A DNA stretch of 64,000 nucleotides from Cyanobacteria bacterium auto_48_18 (GTDB taxonomy: Bacteria; Cyanobacteriota; Vampirovibrionia; Obscuribacterales; Obscuribacteraceae), in NCBI GenBank assembly GCA_036170915.1, contig JAVHQC010000036.1, forward strand, positions 128,001 through 192,000, in the 5' to 3' direction. Positions within the stretch are counted from its first letter, which is position 1. Each line of letters begins with the position of its first letter. Shown here piece after piece: positions 16,446 to 27,282 of this stretch. A model generated the notes under the pieces. That model worked only from the letters and a program-made list of their open reading frames with translations, was not told where the DNA came from and made no database searches. The translations under genes and the position numbers were made by a program.

Positions 16446-18620
16446 ATGGCTAAATATTTGCTCGAAATTGGTGTCGAAGAATTGCCTGCCGGTTTTGTAC
16501 CGGAAGCAGAAGAAAGGTTGCGCGAACTTTTCAAGTCGAATCTCAAGGAAGCGAATATAGCTTTCTCTCAATTGCGCACCTATTCCACACCAAGGCGGCT
16601 CACAGCCATTGTGGAAGATATCGCCCCAGAGCAAACAACTACAGAAAAAAAAGTTAAAGGACCTGCTGTCAAAAGTAGTTTCACTGAAGACGGCAAGCCC
16701 ACTCCACAAGCTGAAGGCTTCGCTAAAAAACATGGCCTCACCGCCAGTCAACTGTCGCGCGAAACCATTGGTGACGTTGAATATTTACATGCCGTGGTTG
16801 TAAACAGCGGTCAAAAAACTGAAACTGTATTGCCCGAAATCGTCAAAAAAGTAATTTCTCAAATTTCAGGCGAGCGCTTGATGCGCTGGGGCGATTGCGA
16901 AGTCAAATTTTCCCGGCCACTGCGCTGGATAGTTTCACTGATGGACAACAAGGTGGTAGAAATTGAAGTTGCTAACTTCAAAAGCGGCAGAATAAGCCGT
17001 GGTCACCGCATTTTGCATCCGGGCGAAGTCACCATAGACGATGCCTCGAGTTATGAAGAGACCATGAAAAAGGTCTTTATTATTGTCGACCCTGCTAAAC
17101 GCAAAGAAATGATCAAAAGCCAGGTGACCAGTCGCGTGGCCGAACTTGGTGGTCAATCACCGCAGCTCGAATCTGGTTTACTCGATGAAGTGATTAACTT
17201 GACCGAATGGCCCACAGCTTTAGTTGGCCAATTTGAAGAAGATTATCTTTCGCTGCCTGCCACTCTGATTGAAACAATCATGATTCATCACCAACGTTAT
17301 TTTCCAGTAGAGCAAAAAAGTACTGTTGGTAACGAAAAGCGGTTGCTGCCCTATTTCGTCACAATAACAAACAACGACCGGGCTGAAGCGGCACCACACA
17401 TCAAACAGGGCAATGAAAGAGTTTTGCGTGCCCGTCTGGCCGACGGTAAGTTCTTTTACTTTGACGATAGCAAAGTCAAATTAGAAGATCGAGGGGGCGC
17501 GCTGGCCAAGCTGACCTATCAAGAAGGTTTAGGAAGCTATGGTGACAAAACGGAGAGATTGAGCCAGCTGGCACAAGTACTCATTAACAGCATGCCATCA
17601 GGTCACACTTTGAGTGACGAGCAGCAAAGTCATTTAATTCGTACTTGTGAGCTAATCAAGCTCGATCTGGTCAGCAACCTGGTGCGCGAATTGCCTGAAT
17701 TACAGGGCTATGTTGGCAGCTGGTATGCCAAAGCAGAAGGCGAGCCACTAGATGTGGTGCAGGCGATACTTTCGCATTATGCACCGCGCAGCAGCACTGA
17801 TGGCATTCCACAAGACCTGTTGGGTCAACTGGCGGCCGTACTAGATAAACTCGACCACGTGGTCGGCCTTTTTGCTCTAGGCAAAAAACCTACTGGTTCG
17901 TCTGACCCATATGCTTTGCGCAGAAATGGTCAGGGGCTGATTGACATTCTGGTGGATGGTCTGACGCGGATACCTATAAATATTTCGCTCTTGATCAACA
18001 GTTTGCTTATGGCATTCGAGCCGCTAGTGGAGAAAAATGGTAAGAAGCTTGATACCACTCAGGTAGCCGCAGACATCAAAGATTTCCTCACCCAGCGCTT
18101 AAAGGGCAAACTGCTCGATAGCGGCTACAACAAAGAAACCATCGAGGCAGTGCTTAATGCCCGCGATCCGTTGGCCAACATCAGTGATGTAATCATTCGG
18201 ATGAACACAGTTAAACACATGAGCTCCGCCCCTGGTGCCAGTGAACTGATTCGCGTGGGTGTGCGCATCGGCAATATATTAGGGGCAGACTCACCAGATG
18301 TAGTGCATGCAGACAAACTTAGCGAAGATGCTGAAAAGGCTCTCTGGGAGGCTTTCCAGAAAAATGTGAAAGCCAACTGGCAGCGCTCAGCCAATAATAA
18401 TGGTAATTCGTTCGTCATGCCCACTACAGAAGCAGAGTATCAATCGATGCTTGATTTGTTGAGCAATCTCACACCTTATATAGATAAGTTCTTTGTCGAC
18501 ATTCTGGTCAACGACAAAGATCAAGATAAACGCAACAACCGCCACGCCATACTCAAGCAGATTGATCAATACTTCCGTGCCCTGGCCGATTTCACAAAGT
18601 TACAACCGCTTATTTCTTAA
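16446..18620 (+). CDS. glyS: Glycine--tRNA ligase beta subunit
   Basis: LLEIGVEELP, TPRRL, MRWG, RPLRW, GNERVLRARLADG.FF, PTGSSDPYALRR. Confidence 0.98.
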   Translation: MAKYLLEIGVEELPAGFVPEAEERLRELFKSNLKEANIAFSQLRTYSTPRRLTAIVEDIAPEQTTTEKKVKGPAVKSSFTEDGKPTPQAEGFAKKHGLTASQLSRETIGDVEYLHAVVVNSGQKTETVLPEIVKKVISQISGERLMRWGDCEVKFSRPLRWIVSLMDNKVVEIEVANFKSGRISRGHRILHPGEVTIDDASSYEETMKKVFIIVDPAKRKEMIKSQVTSRVAELGGQSPQLESGLLDEVINLTEWPTALVGQFEEDYLSLPATLIETIMIHHQRYFPVEQKSTVGNEKRLLPYFVTITNNDRAEAAPHIKQGNERVLRARLADGKFFYFDDSKVKLEDRGGALAKLTYQEGLGSYGDKTERLSQLAQVLINSMPSGHTLSDEQQSHLIRTCELIKLDLVSNLVRELPELQGYVGSWYAKAEGEPLDVVQAILSHYAPRSSTDGIPQDLLGQLAAVLDKLDHVVGLFALGKKPTGSSDPYALRRNGQGLIDILVDGLTRIPINISLLINSLLMAFEPLVEKNGKKLDTTQVAADIKDFLTQRLKGKLLDSGYNKETIEAVLNARDPLANISDVIIRMNTVKHMSSAPGASELIRVGVRIGNILGADSPDVVHADKLSEDAEKALWEAFQKNVKANWQRSANNNGNSFVMPTTEAEYQSMLDLLSNLTPYIDKFFVDILVNDKDQDKRNNRHAILKQIDQYFRALADFTKLQPLIS

Positions 18621-18623
18621 GGC

Positions 18624-20225
18624 TTGGCATTGAAAAACTTGCGCTTCCACCTCATAGCCGCTCTTTCTATCATCACCATCGCTGGTGCATTGTTGCCGGC
18701 CCTGGCCGTCAATTTTAATTCTGACCTGCCGCCTGATTCCATGAACATTCCCCTCATGGCAAAAGAAAAGTCAGTGAGCACTTACGTACCGTCTGCCACC
18801 GCTGATGGGCACGGTTTGGCTGTAAATCTGATCTTTATTGCCAAGCCCCGCTTCAAAACCGGCGCACCTGTGGCAGTGGTGGCACCCGGTGGCATCGGCC
18901 CTGATGGCTTGGGCTTCAATATGCATGCTGCTCAGATTGGAGCAATAGAAGTACGTTTTGCTTTTCCTGGTGGCGGCAGCGCAGAGTTTGGCAGCAGAGG
19001 CGTGTTCGACAATCGAGGAGCCAAATCAGTTGAAGCTTTTCGAGATATTTTGCTCTTTGCCTCTGGTCGTAAAAAAGATTACAAAGACCGCACCATTACT
19101 GAATTGCTCGCTCCCAGTATTAAAGTCGACCCGCTCAATATCGGCATTGTCGGCTGGGATAACGGCGGCAATATTGCCCTGGTGACCATGGCCAAGTATG
19201 CCGCTGACTTGAGTTTCATCAAGTGGCTGGCTCTTTACGAAAGTCCTGTTGGTTCCATGTTTTCTCCACCCAACTTAGGGTCGTCTACCGATCTACTCAA
19301 GAACAAACACTATCGTGAAGGGTCGGCGGCCACGGGCAACCTCTTAATTGATTACCGCAATTTGACCTGGCTCGGGCATCTATTTCGCAATCCTAATAAA
19401 ATTGCCGGTAAGAAGCGTGGCTTGCCTGGCACGAAAGGTGTACTTTTCTTTGATGAAAATCAAAACGGCATCTGGGAAGAGTCATTGGAATACGCTTTCA
19501 ATTCGGCTCTAGATACTGGTGTGACCAAACACTATTTTCCGCCTCAGTTAACTGCAGCCAGCCAGCGCAAGATGGTTTTTGGTAAGGAATGGCCCAGCAA
19601 TGTGGCTACCGTAGCCGAATCAGAAGAATTCTTTGCTGAGAGAGACGGCTCTTTGTATGTCAAAGAAATTACTCAAGCTTTTCCAAAACTACTTGTTGGC
19701 ATGTTTGCCTCTGCTGTTGATCACAATCAGCAACAACTGGACCATCCTCATATCTGTTTTCTCTACAACCTTTTCTTGACCAACAAAGTGCGCTGGCTCA
19801 GGCTTAATCCAGACCCTTGCTACCTGGCCGATATCGGCCAGATGAGCGGCTATAATTTCGTCAACAATAAACCCAATGTGCCGCTCGATCCTACCGGCCT
19901 GCTCTCACACATGGAGCCAGAAGGGGCGCTGCCAGACTATGTTTGCATGCAGGGAATGGTGGCAGAGCTAGTCGACCGCATCAAGGTCGGCAATCTGGTC
20001 TATCCAATCAGCCAGCCCCTCTGCGCTTTCTCAAACGGCGCCGCTGCCGCTAAAGCAGAAGCAGAGGCCAGGCATAAAAAAGCAATTGAAGCGGAGAATA
20101 AACAAGAGTCTGAGAGCGATCAAGACTCTGAAAAAACCGAACCCATTAAAAATATTGCGCCTAAAGCCAAGCCAGTCAAAGCAAAAGCACCTGCTAACCC
20201 GGTCAAGAAACGTACTCAGCACTAA
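18624..20225 (+). CDS. Secreted alpha/beta-hydrolase-fold protein
   Basis: Signal peptide; PGG oxyanion-like loop; nucleophile-elbow-like GWDNGG; DENQNG Ca-loop-like motif. Confidence 0.55.
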   Translation: MALKNLRFHLIAALSIITIAGALLPALAVNFNSDLPPDSMNIPLMAKEKSVSTYVPSATADGHGLAVNLIFIAKPRFKTGAPVAVVAPGGIGPDGLGFNMHAAQIGAIEVRFAFPGGGSAEFGSRGVFDNRGAKSVEAFRDILLFASGRKKDYKDRTITELLAPSIKVDPLNIGIVGWDNGGNIALVTMAKYAADLSFIKWLALYESPVGSMFSPPNLGSSTDLLKNKHYREGSAATGNLLIDYRNLTWLGHLFRNPNKIAGKKRGLPGTKGVLFFDENQNGIWEESLEYAFNSALDTGVTKHYFPPQLTAASQRKMVFGKEWPSNVATVAESEEFFAERDGSLYVKEITQAFPKLLVGMFASAVDHNQQQLDHPHICFLYNLFLTNKVRWLRLNPDPCYLADIGQMSGYNFVNNKPNVPLDPTGLLSHMEPEGALPDYVCMQGMVAELVDRIKVGNLVYPISQPLCAFSNGAAAAKAEAEARHKKAIEAENKQESESDQDSEKTEPIKNIAPKAKPVKAKAPANPVKKRTQH

Positions 20226-20332
20226 AGCCAAAGCTTGAGAAAAAGCCACAATTCAGGCAAGCAGAACCCTATGCTAGTATCTTTAATAAGTAATGGGTTT
20301 CAGAGTGAAAACCCGGGAGCGAGGGAATTGTC

Positions 20333-20590
20333 ATGATGAATCCGGTCACAGTTGGCGTCTTGTTCGGCATTGCGCTGCTAGTGTTTGGTCCTAAGAAATT
20401 ACCCGAACTAGGCAGATCACTTGGTCAGGGCATTGGTAACTTCAAAAAAGCATTGACTGATGCCACTGAAGAAGTAACCTCAGCAGTAAAAGTCGAACCA
20501 AAGGCCATCGAGTCAAAAGAAGCTCATGACGCTCAAGCAGAAGCGTTGGCTTCAGAAAATGCCGATGCAAAAGATGGAAAAAAAGAATAA
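20333..20590 (+). CDS. tatA: Twin-arginine translocase TatA/TatE subunit
   Basis: LLVFGPKKLPELGRSLGQGI.NFK signature. Confidence 0.95.
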   Translation: MMNPVTVGVLFGIALLVFGPKKLPELGRSLGQGIGNFKKALTDATEEVTSAVKVEPKAIESKEAHDAQAEALASENADAKDGKKE

Positions 20591-20642
20591 GCTGCTAAGA
20601 CAAGTCAAATAGTTTCAGCTTAAAGGGAATCTCAGCCATTTA

Positions 20643-22700
20643 ATGGCCAAATTCAAAGTCGTCTCAGAATACACACCAGCCGGCGATCAGCCTCGGGCGA
20701 TCGCGGCGCTTGAACGCGGCATCGATGCCAAAATGCCTTACCAGACACTGCTTGGAGTGACTGGCTCAGGCAAAACTATGACCATGGCCCAGCTCATTGC
20801 TGAAACGCAAATGCCCGCCCTGGTATTGGCGCACAATAAAACGCTGGCAGCCCAGCTCTGCAACGAGATCAAAGAATATTTTCCTGAAAATGCAGTGGAA
20901 TATTTCATCTCTTATTACGACTACTATCAGCCCGAGTCGTACATTCCATCAACTGATACTTTTATTGAAAAAGAAGCAAGCATCAATGACGAAATTGATC
21001 GCTTGCGGCACTCTACCACTAGATCACTCTGGGAAAGAGAAGATGTGGTGGTGGTAGGCTCGGTCTCTGTAATTTATGGTTTAGGAGTACCAGAGCGTTA
21101 TCTGGCAGCGGCGTTAGAACTGACTGTAGGTCAGGAAGTCGACCGCCAGGATGTCTTGCGCAAGCTGGTACATATTCACTATGACCGCAACGACATGGTG
21201 GTAGAGCGCGGCAGATTTCGCGCCCGCGGTGAAATTTTAGAAGTCTTTCCATCATATGAAGAACGTATTTGCAAAGTCGAATTTTTCGGCGACGAAATCG
21301 AGCGTATCGCTCTGGTAAACCCGGTTACGGGCGAAGTCGAAGAACTCAAACAGACAATCAAGATATATCCGGCCAAGCACTATATTGCCGAAGAAGACGA
21401 AATTGAACGCACCGTTGCCGCCATCGAATTTGAATTAGAAGAACGTATAGGCGAACTGATTGGTCAGGGCAAACTGGTGGAAGCGCAAAGGCTGAAACAG
21501 CGCACCAGATTTGATATCGAGATGCTAAAAGAAGTTGGCTATTGCAACGGCATTGAAAATTATTCGCGCATTTTAGAAGGGCGTGAACCAGGCATGCCAC
21601 CAAAAACATTGATCGATTATTTTGTACGTAAGTTTGGTAAAGATGGATTTATTACTTTTATCGACGAGTCGCACGTCACGGTTCCACAGTTGCGGGGCAT
21701 GTTTCACGGTGACCGGGCGCGCAAAGATACTCTTATAGATTATGGCTTTAGATTGCCTTGTGCCAGAGACAATAGACCACTTACTCCTGAAGAATTTTTT
21801 GAGCGCGTTGGCAAAGTTGTTTTTGTCTCAGCCACACCTGGTGATTGGGAGATTGCTGAAAGCCAGCAAGTAGTGGAGCAAATCATCAGGCCCACAGGCC
21901 TCGTGGACCCCATTGTAGAAATCAGACCAATTAAGGGTCAGATTGATGACTTGATTGGCGAAATCAAAGATCGCGCTGCCATAAGCGAAAGAGTTCTGGT
22001 CACAACATTGACTAAACGCATGGCCGAAGACCTTACCGAGTATCTTTCTGAACTTGGTATCAAGGTGCGGTGGCTGCACTCAGACATCAAAGCTCTGGAA
22101 CGAGTCGAGCTTTTGCGCGATTTGCGCCTTGGTGTTTTCGACGTACTGGTAGGCGTCAACCTGCTTCGAGAAGGCCTCGATTTGCCTGAGGTAACCCTCG
22201 TTGCCATTATGGAAGCAGATAAAGAAGGATTTTTGCGAGCGGAAAGGTCACTGGTACAAACTATCGGCAGAGCGGCAAGAAACGTCAAAGGGCGCGTGAT
22301 TATGTACGCCGACAAGATGACTAACTCAATGGAACGAGCAATCGCCGAGACCAATAGAAGAAGGGTTATACAGACTGCATATAATGTAGAGCATGGTATT
22401 ACCCCCACTACCATAGTCAAACAAACAGGCAATTCGCTCTTGGAAGCCCTGCGCGGGAAGGGTGATGGCAACGACTTTGTAGAGCGTATGCGTTTACCTT
22501 CAACAAAAGCAGAACAAGAAAAAGCGATCGCTGATCACATCATGGAATTGACCGACAAAGACCTCAGAACCGCCATCAAACGGGTGGAAAAGGAGATGAA
22601 GGATGCTGCTCGCGAACTCAATTTTGAACTGGCCGCTGACCTGCGTGATCAATTAAAAGTCTTACATGAACGGTCAGCGCAGCTTCGAAAGTCAAGCTAG
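20643..22700 (+). CDS. uvrB: Excinuclease ABC subunit B
   Basis: [30 protein letters not shown]-terminal UVR domain. Confidence 0.99.
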   Translation: MAKFKVVSEYTPAGDQPRAIAALERGIDAKMPYQTLLGVTGSGKTMTMAQLIAETQMPALVLAHNKTLAAQLCNEIKEYFPENAVEYFISYYDYYQPESYIPSTDTFIEKEASINDEIDRLRHSTTRSLWEREDVVVVGSVSVIYGLGVPERYLAAALELTVGQEVDRQDVLRKLVHIHYDRNDMVVERGRFRARGEILEVFPSYEERICKVEFFGDEIERIALVNPVTGEVEELKQTIKIYPAKHYIAEEDEIERTVAAIEFELEERIGELIGQGKLVEAQRLKQRTRFDIEMLKEVGYCNGIENYSRILEGREPGMPPKTLIDYFVRKFGKDGFITFIDESHVTVPQLRGMFHGDRARKDTLIDYGFRLPCARDNRPLTPEEFFERVGKVVFVSATPGDWEIAESQQVVEQIIRPTGLVDPIVEIRPIKGQIDDLIGEIKDRAAISERVLVTTLTKRMAEDLTEYLSELGIKVRWLHSDIKALERVELLRDLRLGVFDVLVGVNLLREGLDLPEVTLVAIMEADKEGFLRAERSLVQTIGRAARNVKGRVIMYADKMTNSMERAIAETNRRRVIQTAYNVEHGITPTTIVKQTGNSLLEALRGKGDGNDFVERMRLPSTKAEQEKAIADHIMELTDKDLRTAIKRVEKEMKDAARELNFELAADLRDQLKVLHERSAQLRKSS

Positions 22701-23072
22701 GCAAATGATTCGGGCTTTGCAAGTAGTTGAAATATAGTTTTAAACTCACTTAACGAAATAGGCACTGCGAGCAAAGCGCACTTATACTAGGCTTAAGGCG
22801 TTGCAAAGCAGTACTCATTCAGAAGGTGTATACGTACAAATCCCAATGGTATTTCCGACAATAATTACGGAAATGTATAGATCCCACTTGGATACGTAAA
22901 ACGCACTTAGGATGAATTTGTTGAACACACCTGAACTGTTCAAGCCGAACACCAACATCCACATCAAATGGTCCTTCCGGGGACATTAAAGTCATAAAGA
23001 ACGGATGAATAGGTCGACGCTGAAGCTGTCTCGTTAAGCACCAGAACCAAGAAGCAATTCACGAGGAACCAC

Positions 23073-24095
23073 ATGGCTAAAAGCAAGTCCCCGGATACCG
23101 AGCGCGGCACTAGTAATCCTCTTATTGAGGATGAGAACATCGCCAAGAGAAATGAGCTCGAAGAGCTTGATCTAGTCGACGAAGATGATAAATTCACCAT
23201 TCTCGACGATGAAGAAAATGATCTCGATGACGACGATGAACCAGTAGAGCTGCCCTCTGCCAGAGAAGTTGCTACCGAAGATTCGGTACGTCTCTATCTA
23301 AGAGAAATTGGACGCATTCAATTACTTAAACCAGACGAAGAAATCGAACTCGCTCGCAAAATTTTGCAAGGCGACATGATGGCGAAACGTAAGCTTGTAC
23401 AAGCTAACTTGCGTTTAGTTGTATCCATCGCTAAGAAGTACATCGGTCGCGGTCTATCTTTCCTTGATTTGATTCAAGAAGGTAACCTCGGATTGATTCG
23501 CGCTTCTGAAAAATTTGACCATGAGCGTGGTTATAAGTTCTCTACTTACGCTACCTGGTGGATCCGTCAAGCAATTACAAGAGCGCTTGCCGACAAATCA
23601 CGCACCATTCGTGTTCCTGTGCACATGGTTGAGACCATCAACAAGCTCAAAAAAGTCACCAGACAACTGGCTCAAGAGCTCAATCGCAAACCAACAGAAC
23701 AAGAGTTGGCCAAGTCGATGGATGTCTCTATCGTTAAACTGCATGAGATCATTAAAGCAGCTAAAGAGCCAATTTCACTGGAAACACCAATCGGTAAAGA
23801 AGAAGATTCTCGCCTCGGTGATTTCATTGAAGATGCTGAGACCGACAGACCAGAAACCACAGTCACTCATGAACTGCTAAGACAAGATCTGGCTAAGATG
23901 CTCAACGAACTCACTCCTCGTGAGCGCGATGTATTGCGTCTGCGCTTCGGTCTTGATGATGGTCGTCAACGCACATTAGAAGAAGTAGGCCAACTATTTG
24001 CCGTTACTCGTGAAAGAGTAAGACAAATAGAGTTCAAGGCTCTCAGAAAATTGAGACAGCCAGGACGGTCTTCCAGACTAAGAGAATACCTCTAA
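23073..24095 (+). CDS. rpoD: RNA polymerase sigma-70 factor, RpoD/SigA type
   Basis: [46 protein letters not shown]...[10 protein letters not shown]; short acidic N-terminus. Confidence 0.92.
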   Translation: MAKSKSPDTERGTSNPLIEDENIAKRNELEELDLVDEDDKFTILDDEENDLDDDDEPVELPSAREVATEDSVRLYLREIGRIQLLKPDEEIELARKILQGDMMAKRKLVQANLRLVVSIAKKYIGRGLSFLDLIQEGNLGLIRASEKFDHERGYKFSTYATWWIRQAITRALADKSRTIRVPVHMVETINKLKKVTRQLAQELNRKPTEQELAKSMDVSIVKLHEIIKAAKEPISLETPIGKEEDSRLGDFIEDAETDRPETTVTHELLRQDLAKMLNELTPRERDVLRLRFGLDDGRQRTLEEVGQLFAVTRERVRQIEFKALRKLRQPGRSSRLREYL

Positions 24096-24102
24096 AGAAA
24101 TC

Positions 24103-24146
24103 AGAGTTAGGCCCGAACACAGAAGTTTCGGGCCTAACTCTCTTTA
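24103..24146 (+). terminator. Strong hairpin/terminator after rpoD
   Basis: Perfect 15-bp stem AGAGTTAGGCCCGAA / TTCGGGCCTAACTCT followed by CTTTAT. Confidence 0.8.
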
Positions 24147-24175
24147 TAGGTTTATACAGATGGTTGGAGTAATTA

Positions 24176-25531
24176 ATGACTTACGGCAACAACGAGCAAG
24201 AAGATAACGACAATATCGAAATCAACCGCATGGATGATGACCTAGATTATCTCTATGGCGAAAGACCAGAGCGTCCGATTTATGCGTCGCGCTCAAGTCT
24301 GAGTGCCGAACCCTTGCCTGAGCGCTATGAAGCCAGAAGTAGAGACGATCAAAGTTTCAGCAACAATGCCGAATTCACATTGCTCGACAAAGAGTGCCAG
24401 CTAGAAACGCAATCTGGTTTTATGCTTGTATTTAAAGGAGCAAAAGACAAAGCTACTTTATCGGTCAGACGAAAAGTCGGAACTCCGCCATCAACAGCAG
24501 TGGCACTGACACCAGATGAACTGCGCAGACTAGCCAATTTAGTCGGCGAACTGTCACCTGAGCCGTCGTCAAGACAGAGAGTAGGCGTGGGTTCTGAGCG
24601 TCCACCGGCAGAATCTGAATTTGACTCATTTGTTGAAAGAGAATATCCCGAGTTAGCTCAGCGCCGCAGAGTCAAAAAAGCTTTTCCCGTGAGCTTACCT
24701 GAAGCACTATTCGAACTGGTAACCGAGAAAAAACTTTTACTCGGTGCTGCTGCATTTGCAGTGCTGGTGCTAGCCGCCGGTATCACTACATATGTACTTT
24801 CGTCGAAGCCACATACAGCGGCAACCACCGCTGCAGCAACCGCAACCGAATCTGGTGCCTCCGGAACTCTGGCTTTAGAAGAAACCGCTCGCACTTTTGT
24901 CATGGACATGCTTAATTTCCGCAAAGGCAGCTACAGGCAGGCGCAAATTCGCGCCATGGCGATGATGACTCCTGAGCTTGCCGATCGCTATTGGACTGAG
25001 ACTCATTTTCCACTGACTAAAGTTCAGCTGAAGGCCATGCCTCAAGATCAGGAAGTGCGCATTGAATCAATCACTCCTGTAACCCTTGCTGTGGGCAGCT
25101 ATCAAGTTGACGTGCAGGGTAACTTGATTGGTGCTTCAGGCACACCTCCGACACCGATTATCATTCGCCTTTCAATTGTGAAAGACGCAACTGGCAAATT
25201 GCTCGTAAGCGAACAGAAAGACATAACTAATGGTACTGGTGAAACTGCTTCTGCAGATACGCCTGCCACCTCGGCGGCAGAGCCTGCCCCGGCCATAGCA
25301 CCGTCTATAGCACCACCTGCTGTCGCTAATGTAGCCCCGGCTGTCGCTCCAGCACCTGTTGCTGTAGCCGCTCCACCTGTGGCACCGGCCGCCATTCCCA
25401 CAGCTTCAGCACCTGCCGCTGCCGTCGCTACTGCGCCGACAGCGCAGCCTGCAGAACCAGAAGGCGCGCCTGCTCCTGGCACTAGTACTGGTGCTAGTAC
25501 TGGTACTAATGCTGGTGGCAGTCAAGAATAG
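24176..25531 (+). CDS. Single-pass membrane protein of unknown function with Pro/Ala-rich tail
   Basis: 451 aa; GGAG SD; TM LLLGAAAFAVLVLAAGITTYVL; folded-looking domains on both sides of the TM. Confidence 0.8.
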   Translation: MTYGNNEQEDNDNIEINRMDDDLDYLYGERPERPIYASRSSLSAEPLPERYEARSRDDQSFSNNAEFTLLDKECQLETQSGFMLVFKGAKDKATLSVRRKVGTPPSTAVALTPDELRRLANLVGELSPEPSSRQRVGVGSERPPAESEFDSFVEREYPELAQRRRVKKAFPVSLPEALFELVTEKKLLLGAAAFAVLVLAAGITTYVLSSKPHTAATTAAATATESGASGTLALEETARTFVMDMLNFRKGSYRQAQIRAMAMMTPELADRYWTETHFPLTKVQLKAMPQDQEVRIESITPVTLAVGSYQVDVQGNLIGASGTPPTPIIIRLSIVKDATGKLLVSEQKDITNGTGETASADTPATSAAEPAPAIAPSIAPPAVANVAPAVAPAPVAVAAPPVAPAAIPTASAPAAAVATAPTAQPAEPEGAPAPGTSTGASTGTNAGGSQE

Positions 25532-27153
25532 CCTCTCTGAATCAATGGCTTAATTGCTTTGATCCATCTATTTGATGGATCGCGTTTTGACCATAGTTTT
25601 GTGCGTCGCAATGCCAGTTTGTTGCGAGGGTCAGCGCGAAGTAGCGCATAGAGCATCTCCGGCTCTAATTCGGCGTGATCTTTCCACCGACTATAAGCTA
25701 ATTCAGCCTTAGCAATTGTTTCTGGATCTGGTGCACGTATGAGCAGCCGCATCAAAATCCACAATAGACTATGACTGTCATAGAGTTCTTTCGCCATAGC
25801 AATACTGTTTTCGTCAGGTCTAACGCTGACCAGAGCACCAATCAAACGTGCCATATTGCTTGTCACTGGTTTCGTAGCTAGTAATCGCCGTGCTTCGTTG
25901 ACAGCGTATTCATCAACGTTGGCTCGTCCCCAATAGGAGAGATCTAGTATATTTGAGATTATAAAATACGAACGTTCACTGGTTAAGTGCGTCGTGTACC
26001 ATTTTTTCGCTGAGTTAATATCTGTCTTTGATGCTGTGGCGGAAAGCACCGCTGCATAAACTTTACCCGCACCTTCGTGTTCTGGATTGGCCTTCAACCA
26101 AGCTCTGGAAAAACGGAGAACACTTGGAAGGATGGCTCGATGATATCTTGCTGCGGCTGAAATGGCACTGTCAAGCGTAGATGACAAATATTTGGATGTC
26201 TGGCCCCCTGAGCGCATCCAATCAAATGTCGCCTCTATGACTTCCGGTGACCTGGTTAAGTAGATATGCGTATTGAAAAGTTGTGAATCATCGACATTTA
26301 ACTGCAACCATCGTGCCGCTAAGTTCTCGCTTTGCTGTCTCACGTGCCTGGATGTACTGAGAAGGGCGTCTCTCCATCCTTCGTCGTGCGGATATTTTTC
26401 TAGAAGATCAGCAATTTTTTTCTGCAGTCCGGCGTGGCGTGGGCCTTCAATAAGCGCTCTGATAATTGGACGGGCCTGTGAAACATTAGCGGAACCTTTG
26501 AGATACTTGCCGGCTAATCGAATAATTTTTGGGGAACGTGCAGCTTTAAGGAGTTCACCTATAACAGCCGCGCTGGAGTCATGTTGAGGATATCGGTCAA
26601 GCCAAGCTTCTCCCAAAGTAATAAGACCAGGTGTCGACTTTATTGCCAGGAGCCTGGCAATAGCCTCTCCGGCAGCTTCATCTGTTCCATTCTTCCTTAA
26701 CCATATTCGCCCATTTTTAATCAATTCGTTATCGTCTTCAGCTTCAAATACCAAATTAGACCACTCTTCCTCTAAGGCAGAAGGCTGTCTTTTTTTACAT
26801 TCGCAATCGGTGTGATCGTCAGGTGGGTCTTGTTCATCAGAATTGCCACCACGAGTATTTCGATCTGAAGATTCGTCAATAATCTCTTCGCATTGATTCA
26901 AGCAAATTTTGCAAATTCGAACTCCTTTTGTGTGTATCAATTTTGACTCAAAGACCGGCTGATTCGCTGCACAGAATGAGCAATTCCCCTCCGCTTCGAG
27001 TTTAGTAGAGACATTCTCAGTGCCAGTCGGAGTAAGCCGAGCCACACACAAATTGCAGATGTAGGCTTTTGGTCCTGCAATCAGCAAATCAACCTGGCAA
27101 TCAGTCTTACCGCACCACCCGCATTTCAATTCGAAGAACTCCGGTTCGCACAA
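25522..27153 (-). CDS. Protein with two ClpX C4-type zinc fingers and a helical-repeat body
   Basis: CGWCGK...LIAGPKAYICNLCV and CSFC...ICKICL; no AAA+ Walker motifs. Confidence 0.8.
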   Translation of the reverse strand: MCEPEFFELKCGWCGKTDCQVDLLIAGPKAYICNLCVARLTPTGTENVSTKLEAEGNCSFCAANQPVFESKLIHTKGVRICKICLNQCEEIIDESSDRNTRGGNSDEQDPPDDHTDCECKKRQPSALEEEWSNLVFEAEDDNELIKNGRIWLRKNGTDEAAGEAIARLLAIKSTPGLITLGEAWLDRYPQHDSSAAVIGELLKAARSPKIIRLAGKYLKGSANVSQARPIIRALIEGPRHAGLQKKIADLLEKYPHDEGWRDALLSTSRHVRQQSENLAARWLQLNVDDSQLFNTHIYLTRSPEVIEATFDWMRSGGQTSKYLSSTLDSAISAAARYHRAILPSVLRFSRAWLKANPEHEGAGKVYAAVLSATASKTDINSAKKWYTTHLTSERSYFIISNILDLSYWGRANVDEYAVNEARRLLATKPVTSNMARLIGALVSVRPDENSIAMAKELYDSHSLLWILMRLLIRAPDPETIAKAELAYSRWKDHAELEPEMLYALLRADPRNKLALRRTKLWSKRDPSNRWIKAIKPLIQRGYS

Positions 27154-27282
27154 TTAGGTCTAAATATGTCAGTACAGATACAAACATAGCATCGAGTCAT
27201 TCAGAATTTTGTTTACAAGGCCAGTTATCGTCTGAGGATTGCTTCCTTAAATCCTCAGAAAAACAACCAAGCCTGGCAAGGC

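Noticed and set aside
20226..20642. LexA/SOS box upstream of tatA-uvrB
   Set aside because: No convincing match to GAAC-N4-GTTC, CTGT-N8-ACAG or the cyanobacterial-type box by eye.
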